Under the pieces are notes generated by a model. The model ran no database searches. It was not told the origin of the DNA and saw only the letters and a list, made by a program, of their open reading frames with translations. Below, piece by piece: positions 38,968 through 49,916 of a stretch of DNA of 64,000 nt. The stretch lies in NCBI GenBank assembly GCA_963706325.1, contig CAVPLT010000004.1:352001-416000 (forward strand), given 5' to 3'. The translations under genes were made by a program, and so were the position numbers. This DNA comes from an uncultured Nitrospiraceae bacterium. GTDB taxonomy: Bacteria > Nitrospirota > Nitrospiria > Nitrospirales > Nitrospiraceae. Positions within the stretch are counted from its first letter, which is position 1. Every line of letters begins with the position of its first letter.

Positions 38968-39199
38968 AGCATCGCCCGCCCGACCAAGTTGCCTTCGTCG
39001 CCAGCTTTTCCACTCCATCATCGTCGTCGCCAACTAGGACGATGCGGCCGTGGGGTCACCCTTAAGCCGATGTGACGCCGGCGGTCCAAGCTCCGGCACC
39101 CATGCTTCCGATCAGTCCTACAAGGCGAGAACAAACCATAAACAGCTTTCTCCGCCCCCCTAGGGAAACCCCTATTTTCCATGAACCTTGAAATAGTTC

Positions 39200-39718
39200 A
39201 TGGTAGATGTCCTAGGACCATCAGTCTTGGATAAAAACATCGACATTGAACAGGATCTGCCCTTTCAATACCGCCAGTGGCGACTGGAGCGGTTCGGGCA
39301 GGTTTTGATCGCATGCCTCATCATCGCCGCGCTTCTCGGCCTCTTTGGGCATAGCCCTCTTTCCACCGCGACCGAGCGGACCGCAGACGGACGCCTTTCG
39401 ATTCACTATGATCGTTTCGCTCGCATTGAAAGCAACAGCGATGTGCTGGTGACGCTCGAACCAGGTGAATCCGGGGAAGCAGTGGTTCGCTTATGGCTGG
39501 ATCAGGACTATCTTGATGCATTCAAAGTGACAGCCGTTTCACCTATACCTGTTCGGGGCGAGGCGCGCGACGGTGGCCGGGCGTTTGTTTTTCAGACCGA
39601 CGGTAGTCGGTTCACGGCAGTCTTATCGGGTCAATTCCAGGCCATCGGGATGGTGCACGGCAGCGTGAAGGTCGACGAAGGAGAGCCGCTCGCCATGACA
39701 CATTTCGTGTGGCCGTAG
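39200..39718 (+). CDS. Hypothetical membrane-anchored protein
   Basis: One TM (IIAALLGLFG.SPLS); co-oriented immediately upstream of the DUF421 gene. Confidence 0.75.
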   Translation: MVDVLGPSVLDKNIDIEQDLPFQYRQWRLERFGQVLIACLIIAALLGLFGHSPLSTATERTADGRLSIHYDRFARIESNSDVLVTLEPGESGEAVVRLWLDQDYLDAFKVTAVSPIPVRGEARDGGRAFVFQTDGSRFTAVLSGQFQAIGMVHGSVKVDEGEPLAMTHFVWP

Positions 39719-39730
39719 AAGGAGGAGCGC

Positions 39731-40177
39731 ATGGACGCCATTGTAAGAGGTCTCATGGTGTATCTGTTCCTACTGATCCTTTTTCGCATTGCCGGCCGTC
39801 GTACTCTCGGCAATATCACGAACTTCGACTTCGTGCTCCTGTTGATCATCAGCGAGGCCACGCAGAATGCCATGATCGGAAACGATTATTCGGTGACGAA
39901 CGGTTTCCTGGTTATTCTCACACTAGTCGGTCTCGACATAGTGCTTTCATTCATGAAACAGCGATTTCCAATCATGGAACGATATGTAGACGGGCTGCCA
40001 TTGGTCTTGGTCGACAAGGGCCGGCCGTTGAAGGAACTTATGAACCGAGCTCGGGTGGATGAGCAGGACATCCTCGCTTCCGCACGGGAGAAGCATGGCT
40101 TGGAGCGCATGGAGCAAATCAAGTATGCCATCCTGGAAACCAACGGCATGATTTCTATAATCCCAATGGGAGGATAA
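39731..40177 (+). CDS. DUF421/YetF-family membrane protein
   Basis: R..G.R.L...T.FD.VLL..I, G.P.VLV..G, IK.A.LE.NG.IS.I. Confidence 0.92.
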   Translation: MDAIVRGLMVYLFLLILFRIAGRRTLGNITNFDFVLLLIISEATQNAMIGNDYSVTNGFLVILTLVGLDIVLSFMKQRFPIMERYVDGLPLVLVDKGRPLKELMNRARVDEQDILASAREKHGLERMEQIKYAILETNGMISIIPMGG

Positions 40178-40180
40178 TCG

Positions 40181-40486
40181 GTGTTCGCTCGACGTTCATG
40201 CAGGCTCTGGCGTTGGGGTTGTCTCTTGCTGCTCCCCCCTCTAGCTCTGCTAGGCTGTGTCCGTGCGCAACAAATGGCCGACGACGAGTTAGCCAATCGC
40301 ATCGATCAGGCGCTTCTGGCCTCCGACGAGTTGAATCTCAGCCGAATTGAAGTGAGCGTTGAATCGGGACTCGTCTATCTGAGCGGGATGTCAGACGATC
40401 ACGCTAGTAAGGTGCATGCAGAAAAAAAAGCGCAGGCGGTCCCCGGAGTCAAAACAATTATCAACAAAATCGAAGTGGACTTTTAG
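40181..40486 (+). CDS. BON-domain lipoprotein
   Basis: Lipobox LLGC; D..L...I...L......I.V.V..G.V.LSG...A..VPGVK.I.N. Confidence 0.85.
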   Translation: MFARRSCRLWRWGCLLLLPPLALLGCVRAQQMADDELANRIDQALLASDELNLSRIEVSVESGLVYLSGMSDDHASKVHAEKKAQAVPGVKTIINKIEVDF

Positions 40487-40547
40487 ACGCTGCAACTGCC
40501 GCTATGATACCTGTCACTTGGACGATAGTGATAGCGCCTATTACTCC

Positions 40548-41738
40548 ATGCAAGAAGATGTAGTCATAACCGGCGCCAGCGTCAAGCCTATCCTCGGCAA
40601 CCGGGCAAGATTACAGTGTTTGATCCTCTATTTCGTCATGGGCGGCCTTTTCCTTGAACCCGTGCAGGCTGCCGACCTCTGGCAATATGGGGGGTTTGTC
40701 GATGTCGGCTATCTGCAAAACTTCAATCATCCGGACAACCATCTGTGGAGAAGCAAGCAAACGTCACCTCGGACCAATGAACTAGCGCCCAATATGGGTC
40801 TTGTGTATCTACGCAAAGATCCAGCCGAGCAATCTCGATGGGGAATCGAAGTGGCATTGCAGGCCGGATACGACACCGACGACCTCGTTCCCGAGCCCCA
40901 ACCGGGCGGTCCTCAGCCGATTACCGGAGCAGATACCCTTCGACATCTCGCGCGCGCGAATGTCAGTTACCTGGCGCCCATCGGAGAGGGCGTCACCTTC
41001 ACCGCCGGATTGTTTAAGGGCGCCAAGTCCTACGAAGAGTTCTATGCGAAGTACAACCTGAACTACACTCGCGCTTACCTGACCGATTACAATCCGAACT
41101 TTCTGATTGGGTTCGGGGGGTCCTATCCAGTGACCAAATCATTGGAGCTGGGTCTCTATGTGGTCACTGAATATCTACATCTCTCGCACGCCAATGATCT
41201 CCCGAGCTATATCTCGAAGCTGGAATGGCGAGCGACCGACAATATGACGTTGTATCAAAGCGTCTACTACGGCCCGGACCAACAGGCCACTGCGATGCAA
41301 TATTGGCGGACGTTTGCTGATTCAACGGTGGAGTGGCGGACACCGGATTGGCGGGTGGCGCTCTCCTACGATGTCGGGACGGAGAAGGTGGCAGATGTCG
41401 GGGGCGCTCGAGCCACCTGGATGGGAGCCGCCCTGTTCACGCAACGTCACCTGACGGGTCCCTGGAGCGTTGCGGTGCGGCCGGAATTTTATTGGGATCC
41501 GCAAGGGCGGATGACGGAGCACGAGCAACTCATCTGGGCGAACACGACCACGCTCGAGTACAAAAAGCATCTGGGCCGACAGTTGGTCATTGTTCGGATG
41601 GAGCATCGGTACGACCATTCAAACGGGTCGCAAGGCGGGTTTTTTCGTGACGGCTTATCCGGGCCTGGTATGCCGGGACTGACCGCGGGTCAGCACCTGG
41701 CGATCCTGGGAGTGATCTGGGCGTTTGACTCGGGGTAG
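40548..41738 (+). CDS. Outer-membrane beta-barrel (putative porin, OmpL/BBP2-like)
   Basis: YGGFVD.GY..NFN.P.N, N.NYTR.Y, R.E.Y.D..G, E.RYD; start codon uncertain. Confidence 0.78.
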   Translation: MQEDVVITGASVKPILGNRARLQCLILYFVMGGLFLEPVQAADLWQYGGFVDVGYLQNFNHPDNHLWRSKQTSPRTNELAPNMGLVYLRKDPAEQSRWGIEVALQAGYDTDDLVPEPQPGGPQPITGADTLRHLARANVSYLAPIGEGVTFTAGLFKGAKSYEEFYAKYNLNYTRAYLTDYNPNFLIGFGGSYPVTKSLELGLYVVTEYLHLSHANDLPSYISKLEWRATDNMTLYQSVYYGPDQQATAMQYWRTFADSTVEWRTPDWRVALSYDVGTEKVADVGGARATWMGAALFTQRHLTGPWSVAVRPEFYWDPQGRMTEHEQLIWANTTTLEYKKHLGRQLVIVRMEHRYDHSNGSQGGFFRDGLSGPGMPGLTAGQHLAILGVIWAFDSG

Positions 41739-41820
41739 AGATGCAGAGGGTCAGCTGACCGGGTAAATCATTCGCGCATGAAAATGAGGATACATGTGTG
41801 CTACCGAGGGAGTGGATCCC

Positions 41821-42327
41821 TTAGGACCGAGATGCCGGTCTTTGTGATACTTCAAAGGTCCCGGTGCCGCATCCCAACCCTCCATATGTCATGCCGAAGA
41901 ACCCGCAATAGACGCCGGCTTTGAATGCCCAGTCGGCGCGCGTGGCGCTTTCAATCTGTCCGTCATGAACGAGGAAGGAGACGTATTGCGATCCGACCGG
42001 GACCATAGCGGGCAGGGGAATAATGACGACATACAGCACCATACCAGCCCATCGCAATCCGCTTGTCTTATAGACCCATTCCTCCCGGTGGTCGCCATAC
42101 GGCTCCACTCGATCCGGATAACCCCACCGTTGACGTAGCTCAGCAGCCGTTGTGATTGTCCCTTCGACTGCGATGGTGCGCACATCCAAGGATCCTCTGG
42201 TCTGATCAATTTTCGGATAATCGCTCGATTCACTGCGACTACCGAGCGTCCAGGCTCCAAGACCGATGCATCCTTGAAGCGCCATCGACGCGGCTATGAG
42301 CATGGCAAACCGTATGTCTATCTGCAT
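41821..42327 (-). CDS. Hypothetical lipoprotein
   Basis: Lipobox LQGC; WG.PD....W.Y (SmpA/BamE-like pattern). Confidence 0.65.
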   Translation of the reverse strand: MQIDIRFAMLIAASMALQGCIGLGAWTLGSRSESSDYPKIDQTRGSLDVRTIAVEGTITTAAELRQRWGYPDRVEPYGDHREEWVYKTSGLRWAGMVLYVVIIPLPAMVPVGSQYVSFLVHDGQIESATRADWAFKAGVYCGFFGMTYGGLGCGTGTFEVSQRPASRS

Positions 42328-42656
42328 GGAGCCCTTTCTTTCCTGAGATGTCCTTGTCCGTGGATCCCGGTCCTCACCTCGCACGTCGAGCTAGAACCAG
42401 GACTGGGCGACGATCCGCAGCCTACTCAGATCTCTTTCGCAAAACAAGAAGGCGCTTGTCGTTATCGGAATCTCTGCCGAAGCATGGGAGGCCCTTCTCA
42501 TAGGGAGAACCACCTGCGGCCATGGCTCCTGTGTACTTGGCAACGATTCATGGATATGGATGCTCCATTACTGTAGACTACGTTCTCTCAGCTAGGAGCA
42601 ATGCGCGAACAATATAAATGAACGTGTCCGGTTCAGCATCATGAACGGAGAGCCTG

Positions 42657-45467
42657 GTGTCTGACCCAATCCTTCCCGATCCTGTCGCAACTTCAAAGGC
42701 CACGCATCGCTCGACTGCCCCGTGGTTATCTCTTTTCCAACGGCATGCAGCGCTCCTGACCCTGGCCGTTCTCGCGTTGGCCACGGGCCTGCGTATGACC
42801 CTCACGCCCCTTTGGGGCTCGGCCTATACATTCATCACGTATTATCCGGCCATCATGTTCATTGCCGTGGCCTGCGGCTGGCGCTATGGCCTCGGGGCGA
42901 CGCTAGCGTCGGCGTTACTGTCCGCGGGGCTATTTCTCGACGGCACGTTTTTGTTTCGCGAGCAGGGAGTAGCCATAGCCGTCTTTATTGCTGTCAATGT
43001 TGTCATTGTCTTGCTGGGTGAGGGAGTGACACGAGCACGCCAATTGGCGCAGGCGGAGACTTCCTTGGCGCGGACGAATGAGCAACGGATCCGGAGCGAG
43101 ATGCATGCGCGAGCTGAAGTGGAGGCGGCGCTCCGCGCGAGTCAGCGGCAATTACAATTTGTGACGGATCATGCGCCGGTCCTCATCGCTCAATGCGGAG
43201 CGGACGGTTGTTATCGGTACGTCAACCGGCAGTATGCGGCGTTCTTCGGACGAACTCCGCAGGCGCTCATCGGGTTGCATCCGCAGCAAGTGCTTGGACA
43301 AACTGCGTATGAGCAGTCGGCTGCATTCATGAATGAAGCCCTATCTGGCGGGACGGTAAAGTTCGATCAGCAGCTCGTCGACACCGCGTCGGTCGGCCAC
43401 CTCCTCCAGGTGACCTTTGCGCCGGAGTTCAACGAGAAGGGGACGGTGGATGGGTTTATTGCGGTTCTCGTCGAGATTACGGACCGTAGGCAGGCGGAAC
43501 AAGCGCGTGCGACTCTCGCCGCCATCGTCGAGTCCTCGAATGATGCCATTATCGGCAAAAACCTCCACGGCGTGATCACTAGTTGGAACCAGGGGGCGGA
43601 ACGACTTTTTGGTTACACGGCGCGGGAGGCAATCGGTCAATCCGTGACGATGCTCATTCCTTCCGATCGGCTCGACGAAGAGCCCCCGATTTTGGATCAG
43701 ATTCGCCGCGGTAAGGCCATACAAAATTATGAAACGGTGCGACAGTGCAAGGATGGCAAGCTGCGGAATATTTCCTTGACCGTGTCGCCCATTAGAAACG
43801 ACGAAGGCCAGATTGCGGGCGTCTCCACAGTGGCGCGTGACATTACGGAACGTATTCGAGCCGAAGAGGGGCTTCGCGAAAGCGAGGCGCGATATCGGGC
43901 CACCTTCGATAACGCCGCCGTCGGTATTGCGCATGTCGGGCTGGACGGGCGCTGGCTTCGTTTTAACGATGCCACCTGCGCGATCACGGGCTATCCTCGT
44001 GAAGAATTACTGACTAAAACCTTTGCCGACATCACCCACCCGGATGACGTGGACGCAGACTGGTCTGAAGTGCGTCGCCTAGTGGCTGGTGAGACCGACC
44101 GCTTTTCAATGGAGAAGCGATATATTCGGCAAGACGGCTCGCTCATCTGGGTGTGTCTGACTGTCTCGCTTCAACGAGACGCACAAGGACGCGCACAAAA
44201 TTTCATTTCGATCATTCAGAACATTCAAGAACAGAAAGAGACGCAGGCGCAATTGCTACAGTTGGCAGATGACTTGGAACGCAGAGTCATAGCCAGAACC
44301 AGGGAGGTCGCTGTTTCGCAAGAGAAGCTTCGCGCATTGACGACCGATTTACATTTGGCTGAGCATCGCGTGCGACAAAACCTGGCCGTCGATTTGCATG
44401 ATTATTTGGCGCAGCTGCTGGTGTTGAGCCGGATTAAATTGGGACAAGCCAAGCTCGAAGCCGTGACGCCCACGGTCGCCCAGGCGATGACGGAGGTCCA
44501 GGAAGTCATGGACCAAGCCCTGTCCTATACTCGGACATTAGTGGCGGAACTCAGTCCGCCGGTGCTGAATGAATTCGGTCTGCCGATGGCATTGAAATGG
44601 CTTGCGGAGCAGATGCAGCTGCGCGGCCTCACGGTCTCGTTGGAATTGGAGACGACGAATCTACCCTTACCCGAGGACCAATCCGTATTGCTGTTTCAAT
44701 CGGTTCGCGAGCTCTTGATGAATATCCTGAAACATGCCGACACGATGGAAGCGTCAATTGCGATGACGATGGCAGGGGGTATGCTGCGCATTACGGTGTC
44801 CGATCACGGAGCCGGTTACGATGTCGCCGCGGCTGAAACCAGTTTGGAGCGAGGGTTCGGCTTATTCAGCATTCGCGAGCGCATGAAGGCACTTGGCGGA
44901 GGGTTTGAGCTGCAGTCGAAGTTGGGTGAGGGGACGATGGCCACGCTGCTGTTGCCGGTTGATCACTCGATGCTGTCGAATGTCGGGTCGACCGTTGAAC
45001 CAGGATGGAATTTCGAAGGAAGCAACGCCCAACTTGAGAGGGTTGAAGCCGAGATGCCCCTGGTATCTCAGACGAAAAGGTTTCCGCAGCCTTCCGCGGT
45101 ACGAGTGCTGTTAGTGGATGATCATCTCATGCTGCGGCAGGGCCTGAGGACCGTGGTGAACGGGCATCCCAGGCTGGAGGTCGTGGGTGAGGCGGGAGAT
45201 GGTCTGGAAGCCATCGACCTCGCCCGTACGCTCAGTCCGGATGTCGTGGTAATGGACGTCAACATGCCTCGCTGTGACGGCATCACAGCTACACAACGGA
45301 TCAAGCAAGAATTTCCCCACATCAGGATCGTCGCGCTTTCTATGCACAATTCTCCCGATATGGTGGAGCGGATGAAGCAGGCGGGCGCCTCTCACTATCT
45401 CACGAAGGAGAGTGCCGCCGGGCAGCTCTGCAGCGCGATCGTCGATACGATGTCCATCGGTGGCTGA
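42657..45467 (+). CDS. Hybrid sensor histidine kinase (TM sensor, 3 PAS/PAC, HisKA_3-type, HATPase, receiver)
   Basis: PAS motifs (SWN.GAE.LFGY, ITHPDD), LA.DLHD, D.G.G, GFGL.SIRER, VLLVDDH...MDV.MP. Confidence 0.93.
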   Translation: MSDPILPDPVATSKATHRSTAPWLSLFQRHAALLTLAVLALATGLRMTLTPLWGSAYTFITYYPAIMFIAVACGWRYGLGATLASALLSAGLFLDGTFLFREQGVAIAVFIAVNVVIVLLGEGVTRARQLAQAETSLARTNEQRIRSEMHARAEVEAALRASQRQLQFVTDHAPVLIAQCGADGCYRYVNRQYAAFFGRTPQALIGLHPQQVLGQTAYEQSAAFMNEALSGGTVKFDQQLVDTASVGHLLQVTFAPEFNEKGTVDGFIAVLVEITDRRQAEQARATLAAIVESSNDAIIGKNLHGVITSWNQGAERLFGYTAREAIGQSVTMLIPSDRLDEEPPILDQIRRGKAIQNYETVRQCKDGKLRNISLTVSPIRNDEGQIAGVSTVARDITERIRAEEGLRESEARYRATFDNAAVGIAHVGLDGRWLRFNDATCAITGYPREELLTKTFADITHPDDVDADWSEVRRLVAGETDRFSMEKRYIRQDGSLIWVCLTVSLQRDAQGRAQNFISIIQNIQEQKETQAQLLQLADDLERRVIARTREVAVSQEKLRALTTDLHLAEHRVRQNLAVDLHDYLAQLLVLSRIKLGQAKLEAVTPTVAQAMTEVQEVMDQALSYTRTLVAELSPPVLNEFGLPMALKWLAEQMQLRGLTVSLELETTNLPLPEDQSVLLFQSVRELLMNILKHADTMEASIAMTMAGGMLRITVSDHGAGYDVAAAETSLERGFGLFSIRERMKALGGGFELQSKLGEGTMATLLLPVDHSMLSNVGSTVEPGWNFEGSNAQLERVEAEMPLVSQTKRFPQPSAVRVLLVDDHLMLRQGLRTVVNGHPRLEVVGEAGDGLEAIDLARTLSPDVVVMDVNMPRCDGITATQRIKQEFPHIRIVALSMHNSPDMVERMKQAGASHYLTKESAAGQLCSAIVDTMSIGG

Positions 45468-45711
45468 ACCGGCCTCTCGCATCTAAACATCCATGAGCCT
45501 ATGGACGCCATTCGGGAGCGAGTGCCTATGCCATCACGGTTTGTCGGACAGGTTGAGACGGATAAATGGAGAGAATCCCGCCAGTGAGGGGGAGGATAGG
45601 AACCGCATTCCTATTCTAAAGAGAAAGCCTATCGAATGGTATATCTACCAGGGCGGAGTCGTTCATGACTCCTCCTAAAGGAGTCTTCCCGCGGGAACGG
45701 CCGAGGAAAGA

Positions 45712-46104
45712 TCAGCTGATGCCGTGATGACTCCCAGATTCTAGCGCAAGGGCTTCGGTGATGACGGCAAAGATTTTTTCAGGCACATGCTCTTTCGGTA
45801 GAAAGGCGCTGACGCCAACCGCCAACAGCGCGGCCTCGACGTCTCGGCTGGTATGGCAGGACATGCCGATCACGACGGTATCAGGAAGAAGCGCCCGAAT
45901 GTGGCGGGTCGCCTCGATCCCATCCATGCGCGGCATTCCGACATCCATGAGGACCACGTTCGGACGAAGGCTTTGGGCCAATTGCGCTGCCGAAATCCCA
46001 TCAGCTGCTTCACCGACCACGTGAAAGCCGGGCCGTTTATCTATGATCGTCCGTAAGACGCCTCTGAGCTTCAGATTATCGTCCACCACGAGAACTCCGA
46101 CCAT
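45712..46104 (-). CDS. Single-domain response regulator (NarL-type receiver)
   Basis: VLVVDD, VVGEA.DG, VLMDV.MP.MDG, FLPK. Confidence 0.9.
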   Translation of the reverse strand: MVGVLVVDDNLKLRGVLRTIIDKRPGFHVVGEAADGISAAQLAQSLRPNVVLMDVGMPRMDGIEATRHIRALLPDTVVIGMSCHTSRDVEAALLAVGVSAFLPKEHVPEKIFAVITEALALESGSHHGIS

Positions 46105-46625
46105 GGTTCACCTCCAGTAGCTGAACAGAAGGCCACAGATCTTACGTTAGCACAAGGCCGAGCCTCGGGCGAATTGAATTGCATAACTCGCCGCAGGGTT
46201 GTCGCCGGAAAACCAGCCTGGCCCATTGAATAGCTCGTCGATATTCAATGTATGCCGGCTATCATCCCTAGAGCATAGTGCTTCGGCAATGGGTGCAGTT
46301 CCCGACGTTCTGCATGACTCATGGGGTGTGGAGTTTCTCATGGAAGCAGCATAGCGCTGAGAGCACTCTGTACTGTGTCGGCTGCTCCTACTCGTTCTTG
46401 ACGCACTTCTCATGTCAGTGTAGGGTCCCACCACAGTGCAGCTGAATCTAGGACCTCGAGCAGGCACAGCCGTCAGCAGGAAGACTTTCGGTCGGAGAAG
46501 AAATACAGTTTTGGCAATGATCCGCCATCGGGAAAATCTCTGAAGGCAGCGATGGTGAACAGGTCACGAGCGACTGAACAGGCGAAACGAAACGTGGGCT
46601 GGGGCGAGAAGGGAAATGGGAAAAG

Positions 46626-47918
46626 ATGGAGATGAGTGAACAACGACCGGTGGTGGCTATTCTAGTCGGGGGCGGGCCGGCGCCGGGAATCAATAGCGTG
46701 ATCGGGGCAGCCACGATTTGTAGCATTCTTGGCGGCTGCGATGTCATCGGCATTTTGGATGGTTTCAAGTGGATCATGGAAGGCAATACGAGCAAGGTCA
46801 AATCGTTATCGATCGAAGACATCAGTCGGATTCACTTCCGGGGAGGGTCCTACCTCGGCACGGCGCGCGCGAATCCCACCCAGAAAATGGATCATCTGGA
46901 TGCCTGTCTTGCATCACTCGCCAAGCTAGGCGTCACCAGGTTGATCACCATCGGCGGCGATGACACGGCGTTTTCAGCCCTCAAATTGGAGCAAAGGGCG
47001 GCCGGCCACCTCCAGGTGGTGCATGTCCCCAAGACGATTGATAACGATCTGGACCTGCCACATGGGATTCCCACCTTCGGGTTTCAAACAGCTCGCCACA
47101 TCGGCGTTGAGCTGGTGAAGAGCTTGATGGTCGACGCCGAGACGACCTCGCGTTGGTACTTCATCGTGACGATGGGTCGGAAGGCAGGACATTTGGCGCT
47201 GGGCATCGGTAAGGCGGCCGGCGCTACGTTGACGCTGATTCCCGAAGAGTTCCGGCACAAGCCCATCCGGCTGGCTACGCTGGTCGACATCCTGGCCGGT
47301 GCGATCATTAAACGGCAGAGCGCCGGGAGATCGGACGGCGTGGCAGTGTTGGCAGAAGGGTTGGTCGAAATCCTCGATCCGCAGGACCTCGAAGGATTGA
47401 AAGATGTGGAACGGGACCAGCATGGCCATGTGCGATTGGCGGAAATCAATTTTGGATTCGTGCTTAAACGGGCGGTCGAACAAACTTTGCGGTCGCTTGG
47501 AATAAAAATTACGGTCGTCGACAAAAATATCGGTTATGAGCTCCGCTGTGCCGATCCCATTTCTTTTGATATGGAGTACACCCGGGATCTCGGATATTGT
47601 GCAGCGCAATTTCTGCTGGAGGAGGGGAATGCCGCCATGGTGTCGATTCAAAATGGCCGGTTTATCCCGATCCCGTTTGAGCACATTTTGGATCCGGCGA
47701 CCGGCCGCACGCGCGTGCGCATGGTGGACGTGGAATCTGAATCGTACATCATTGCCCGCCGATACATGATTCGCCTTGCAGCGTCGGACCTGAATCAGCC
47801 GAAGGAATTGTCCCGCCTTGCGCAGACTGTCGGCCTGTCACCGGAACACTTTCGCCGTCGATTCGACTATCTCATGGACCAGGGACCCGTGAGCCCACCA
47901 GGACCAGTCATCGAATAG
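46626..47918 (+). CDS. pfp: Pyrophosphate-dependent phosphofructokinase
   Basis: GGGPAPG.N, TIGGDDT, PKTIDND, MGR.AG, GYELRC. Confidence 0.92.
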   Translation: MEMSEQRPVVAILVGGGPAPGINSVIGAATICSILGGCDVIGILDGFKWIMEGNTSKVKSLSIEDISRIHFRGGSYLGTARANPTQKMDHLDACLASLAKLGVTRLITIGGDDTAFSALKLEQRAAGHLQVVHVPKTIDNDLDLPHGIPTFGFQTARHIGVELVKSLMVDAETTSRWYFIVTMGRKAGHLALGIGKAAGATLTLIPEEFRHKPIRLATLVDILAGAIIKRQSAGRSDGVAVLAEGLVEILDPQDLEGLKDVERDQHGHVRLAEINFGFVLKRAVEQTLRSLGIKITVVDKNIGYELRCADPISFDMEYTRDLGYCAAQFLLEEGNAAMVSIQNGRFIPIPFEHILDPATGRTRVRMVDVESESYIIARRYMIRLAASDLNQPKELSRLAQTVGLSPEHFRRRFDYLMDQGPVSPPGPVIE

Positions 47919-47938
47919 CCTGAGAGGCATAGTGTCAC

Positions 47939-48889
47939 GTGATGGACATCACACTCGACAGTGAACTGACGCTCTCGATAGGGAGCCAGCGCGTGGTTGT
48001 CTCGCCTTGGGGCGCTGCCTTGCGGCGGTATTCCGTCACAGCGGGCGATGGGGAGGAGACCGATATCGTCTGGGGTTATTCGGGCGGGGCGCACAAAAAG
48101 GGCGGGCAGGGGGACGTGCTCATTCCATTTCCCGGCCGCGTGGCCGAGGGCCGCTACTCGTTTGACGGACAGCGCTTCCAACTCGAACGAAACGACAAGG
48201 AAGGCCCGAATGCGATCCACGGATTTGTCAGAACCTTGCCTTGGAAGGTCCGTGAAATTCTTCCCAATCGCATCACATTCGAAATGGCTCTCGATGCTGC
48301 AATCTATGGGCGCAAGGGTTATCCATTTTCTCTCGCAATCAGCGTCACGTATGGGTTGGACCATCGTGGTCTGTCCTGCTCGTTCACGGTGCACAACGTC
48401 GGTCAGCAGGCGGCGCCGGTGGGGGTCGGCTTTCACCCCTATTTCACGGTCGGCACTGCGCTGGTCGACGAGGCTGATGCTAAAATTCCATGCGCGGGAT
48501 ATGTAGAGTTCAATGAACGGCTCGTGCCCACGGGAACAATCTTGGACGTGACGGGCAGTGAGTGGGACTATCGCCGCTATCGGCACATTGGCAGCCGACG
48601 GTTCAATCATTGTTATGTGGAACTGGAACGCGATGAGGAAGGAATGGCGACGGCGTCCCTGCGCCATGTAGAGAACGGTCGCACGATCGATATCGTCATG
48701 GACCGCTCATTCTCCGCGATCGTGGTCTACACCGGCGATGCCATCGTCGACGCCCCACGACGTGCGTTGGCCATTGAGCCGATGACTTGCGCAACGGACG
48801 CGTTGAATCATCCCGACTGGGGCTTAAAACGATTGCTTCCAGAAGAAGCGTTTACCGGCCGTTACCTGATACGCTCGCGACGCGACTAG
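47939..48889 (+). CDS. Aldose 1-epimerase family protein
   Basis: L.PFPGR...G.Y.FDG, NAIHG, G.HPYF, AIEPMT. Confidence 0.9.
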   Translation: MMDITLDSELTLSIGSQRVVVSPWGAALRRYSVTAGDGEETDIVWGYSGGAHKKGGQGDVLIPFPGRVAEGRYSFDGQRFQLERNDKEGPNAIHGFVRTLPWKVREILPNRITFEMALDAAIYGRKGYPFSLAISVTYGLDHRGLSCSFTVHNVGQQAAPVGVGFHPYFTVGTALVDEADAKIPCAGYVEFNERLVPTGTILDVTGSEWDYRRYRHIGSRRFNHCYVELERDEEGMATASLRHVENGRTIDIVMDRSFSAIVVYTGDAIVDAPRRALAIEPMTCATDALNHPDWGLKRLLPEEAFTGRYLIRSRRD

Positions 48890-49055
48890 ACCGGGCAAAG
48901 ACTCAACCTTCCTCATCTATCCGCCATACGAAAAGTTTGACCAGAGGTGCGTCGCGCTCCTTTAGACGCCGAAACAGGTAGGAAGCTCTTCTGGACATGA
49001 TGATCTATTCTAACGGCCGATTGTGGCGTGCGGTGATCGGCTGGCGCTAGTTGGT

Positions 49056-49916
49056 CTAGGCGTCATTCTCCGTGAGGCAGCGCCCGAGGCCCTGCTGTTC
49101 GGCCAGATGATAAGCATAGTGCAGCGCTGCCAGGTTCGCGACTCGTTCTTCGGCTTCCTCGCGACTATCGGCGTGGATAATGTGCAGGCCGTATCGCGCG
49201 GTCAGCGCATCCAGAAAATCTACCATGCCGTTTTTGTGATACTGGGCTAACCGACCTCCGCCCGTGGTGTATTGGATGGCGCCTTCGATGACGAGGAATC
49301 GATGGGGCACGGCGAGCAGGGGTTCGAGGTCCCGCAGAAATCGCGAACGATTGTCGGAAGGATTTGAGAAGATCGTATTGATCTCTTCCGCCCGCTTGCG
49401 TTCCACGCAAAACACATCAGGGGCTTCGGCGATGGCGTAATCACCCGCCCGCAGCGCCTGTCGCTTGGTGCCGGCGATCCGGACGAGTCCCTTAAACTCA
49501 TACGGCAGGTGTTCGTCAACATCGACGAGCAGATGAATGGCCGGTACCATGATTTTCGGATGGCTGAAGCGAGTCACGTTCAGCATCGTTTGCGGCCCAC
49601 GTAATTCCTGACGGGCTCGCGGGGTTGGCGCCGGACGTGGCGAGGGCGATGATCGAGGGGATGGTGTGCCGGACGGAGTCTGTTGCCTGGCGGAGTCATA
49701 ACGAGTCCGTGCGACGGGATCGCTGAGAGTCTGATAGGCCTGATTGATTAACTGGGTTCGGGCTTCGGCTTTTCGATGTAGGGTCGGCGAATGGACAAAG
49801 CGATCGGGATGCCAAACCTGCATGTGTTCATGCCAGGCTCGTTTAATCTCCGCCTCTGTGGCCGTGGGAGAGAGTTCCAGTACGGCGTAGTAATTAGTGA
49901 TCCGTTCGTCCCGCAT
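49056..49916 (-). CDS. DnaJ (J-domain)-ERCC4-type nuclease fusion protein
   Basis: NYY.VL....A...EIK.A......WHPD...IN.AY.TLSD; Pro/Ser linker; VD..E, GDY, VERK, L.IEG. Confidence 0.8.
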   Translation of the reverse strand: MRDERITNYYAVLELSPTATEAEIKRAWHEHMQVWHPDRFVHSPTLHRKAEARTQLINQAYQTLSDPVARTRYDSARQQTPSGTPSPRSSPSPRPAPTPRARQELRGPQTMLNVTRFSHPKIMVPAIHLLVDVDEHLPYEFKGLVRIAGTKRQALRAGDYAIAEAPDVFCVERKRAEEINTIFSNPSDNRSRFLRDLEPLLAVPHRFLVIEGAIQYTTGGGRLAQYHKNGMVDFLDALTARYGLHIIHADSREEAEERVANLAALHYAYHLAEQQGLGRCLTENDA

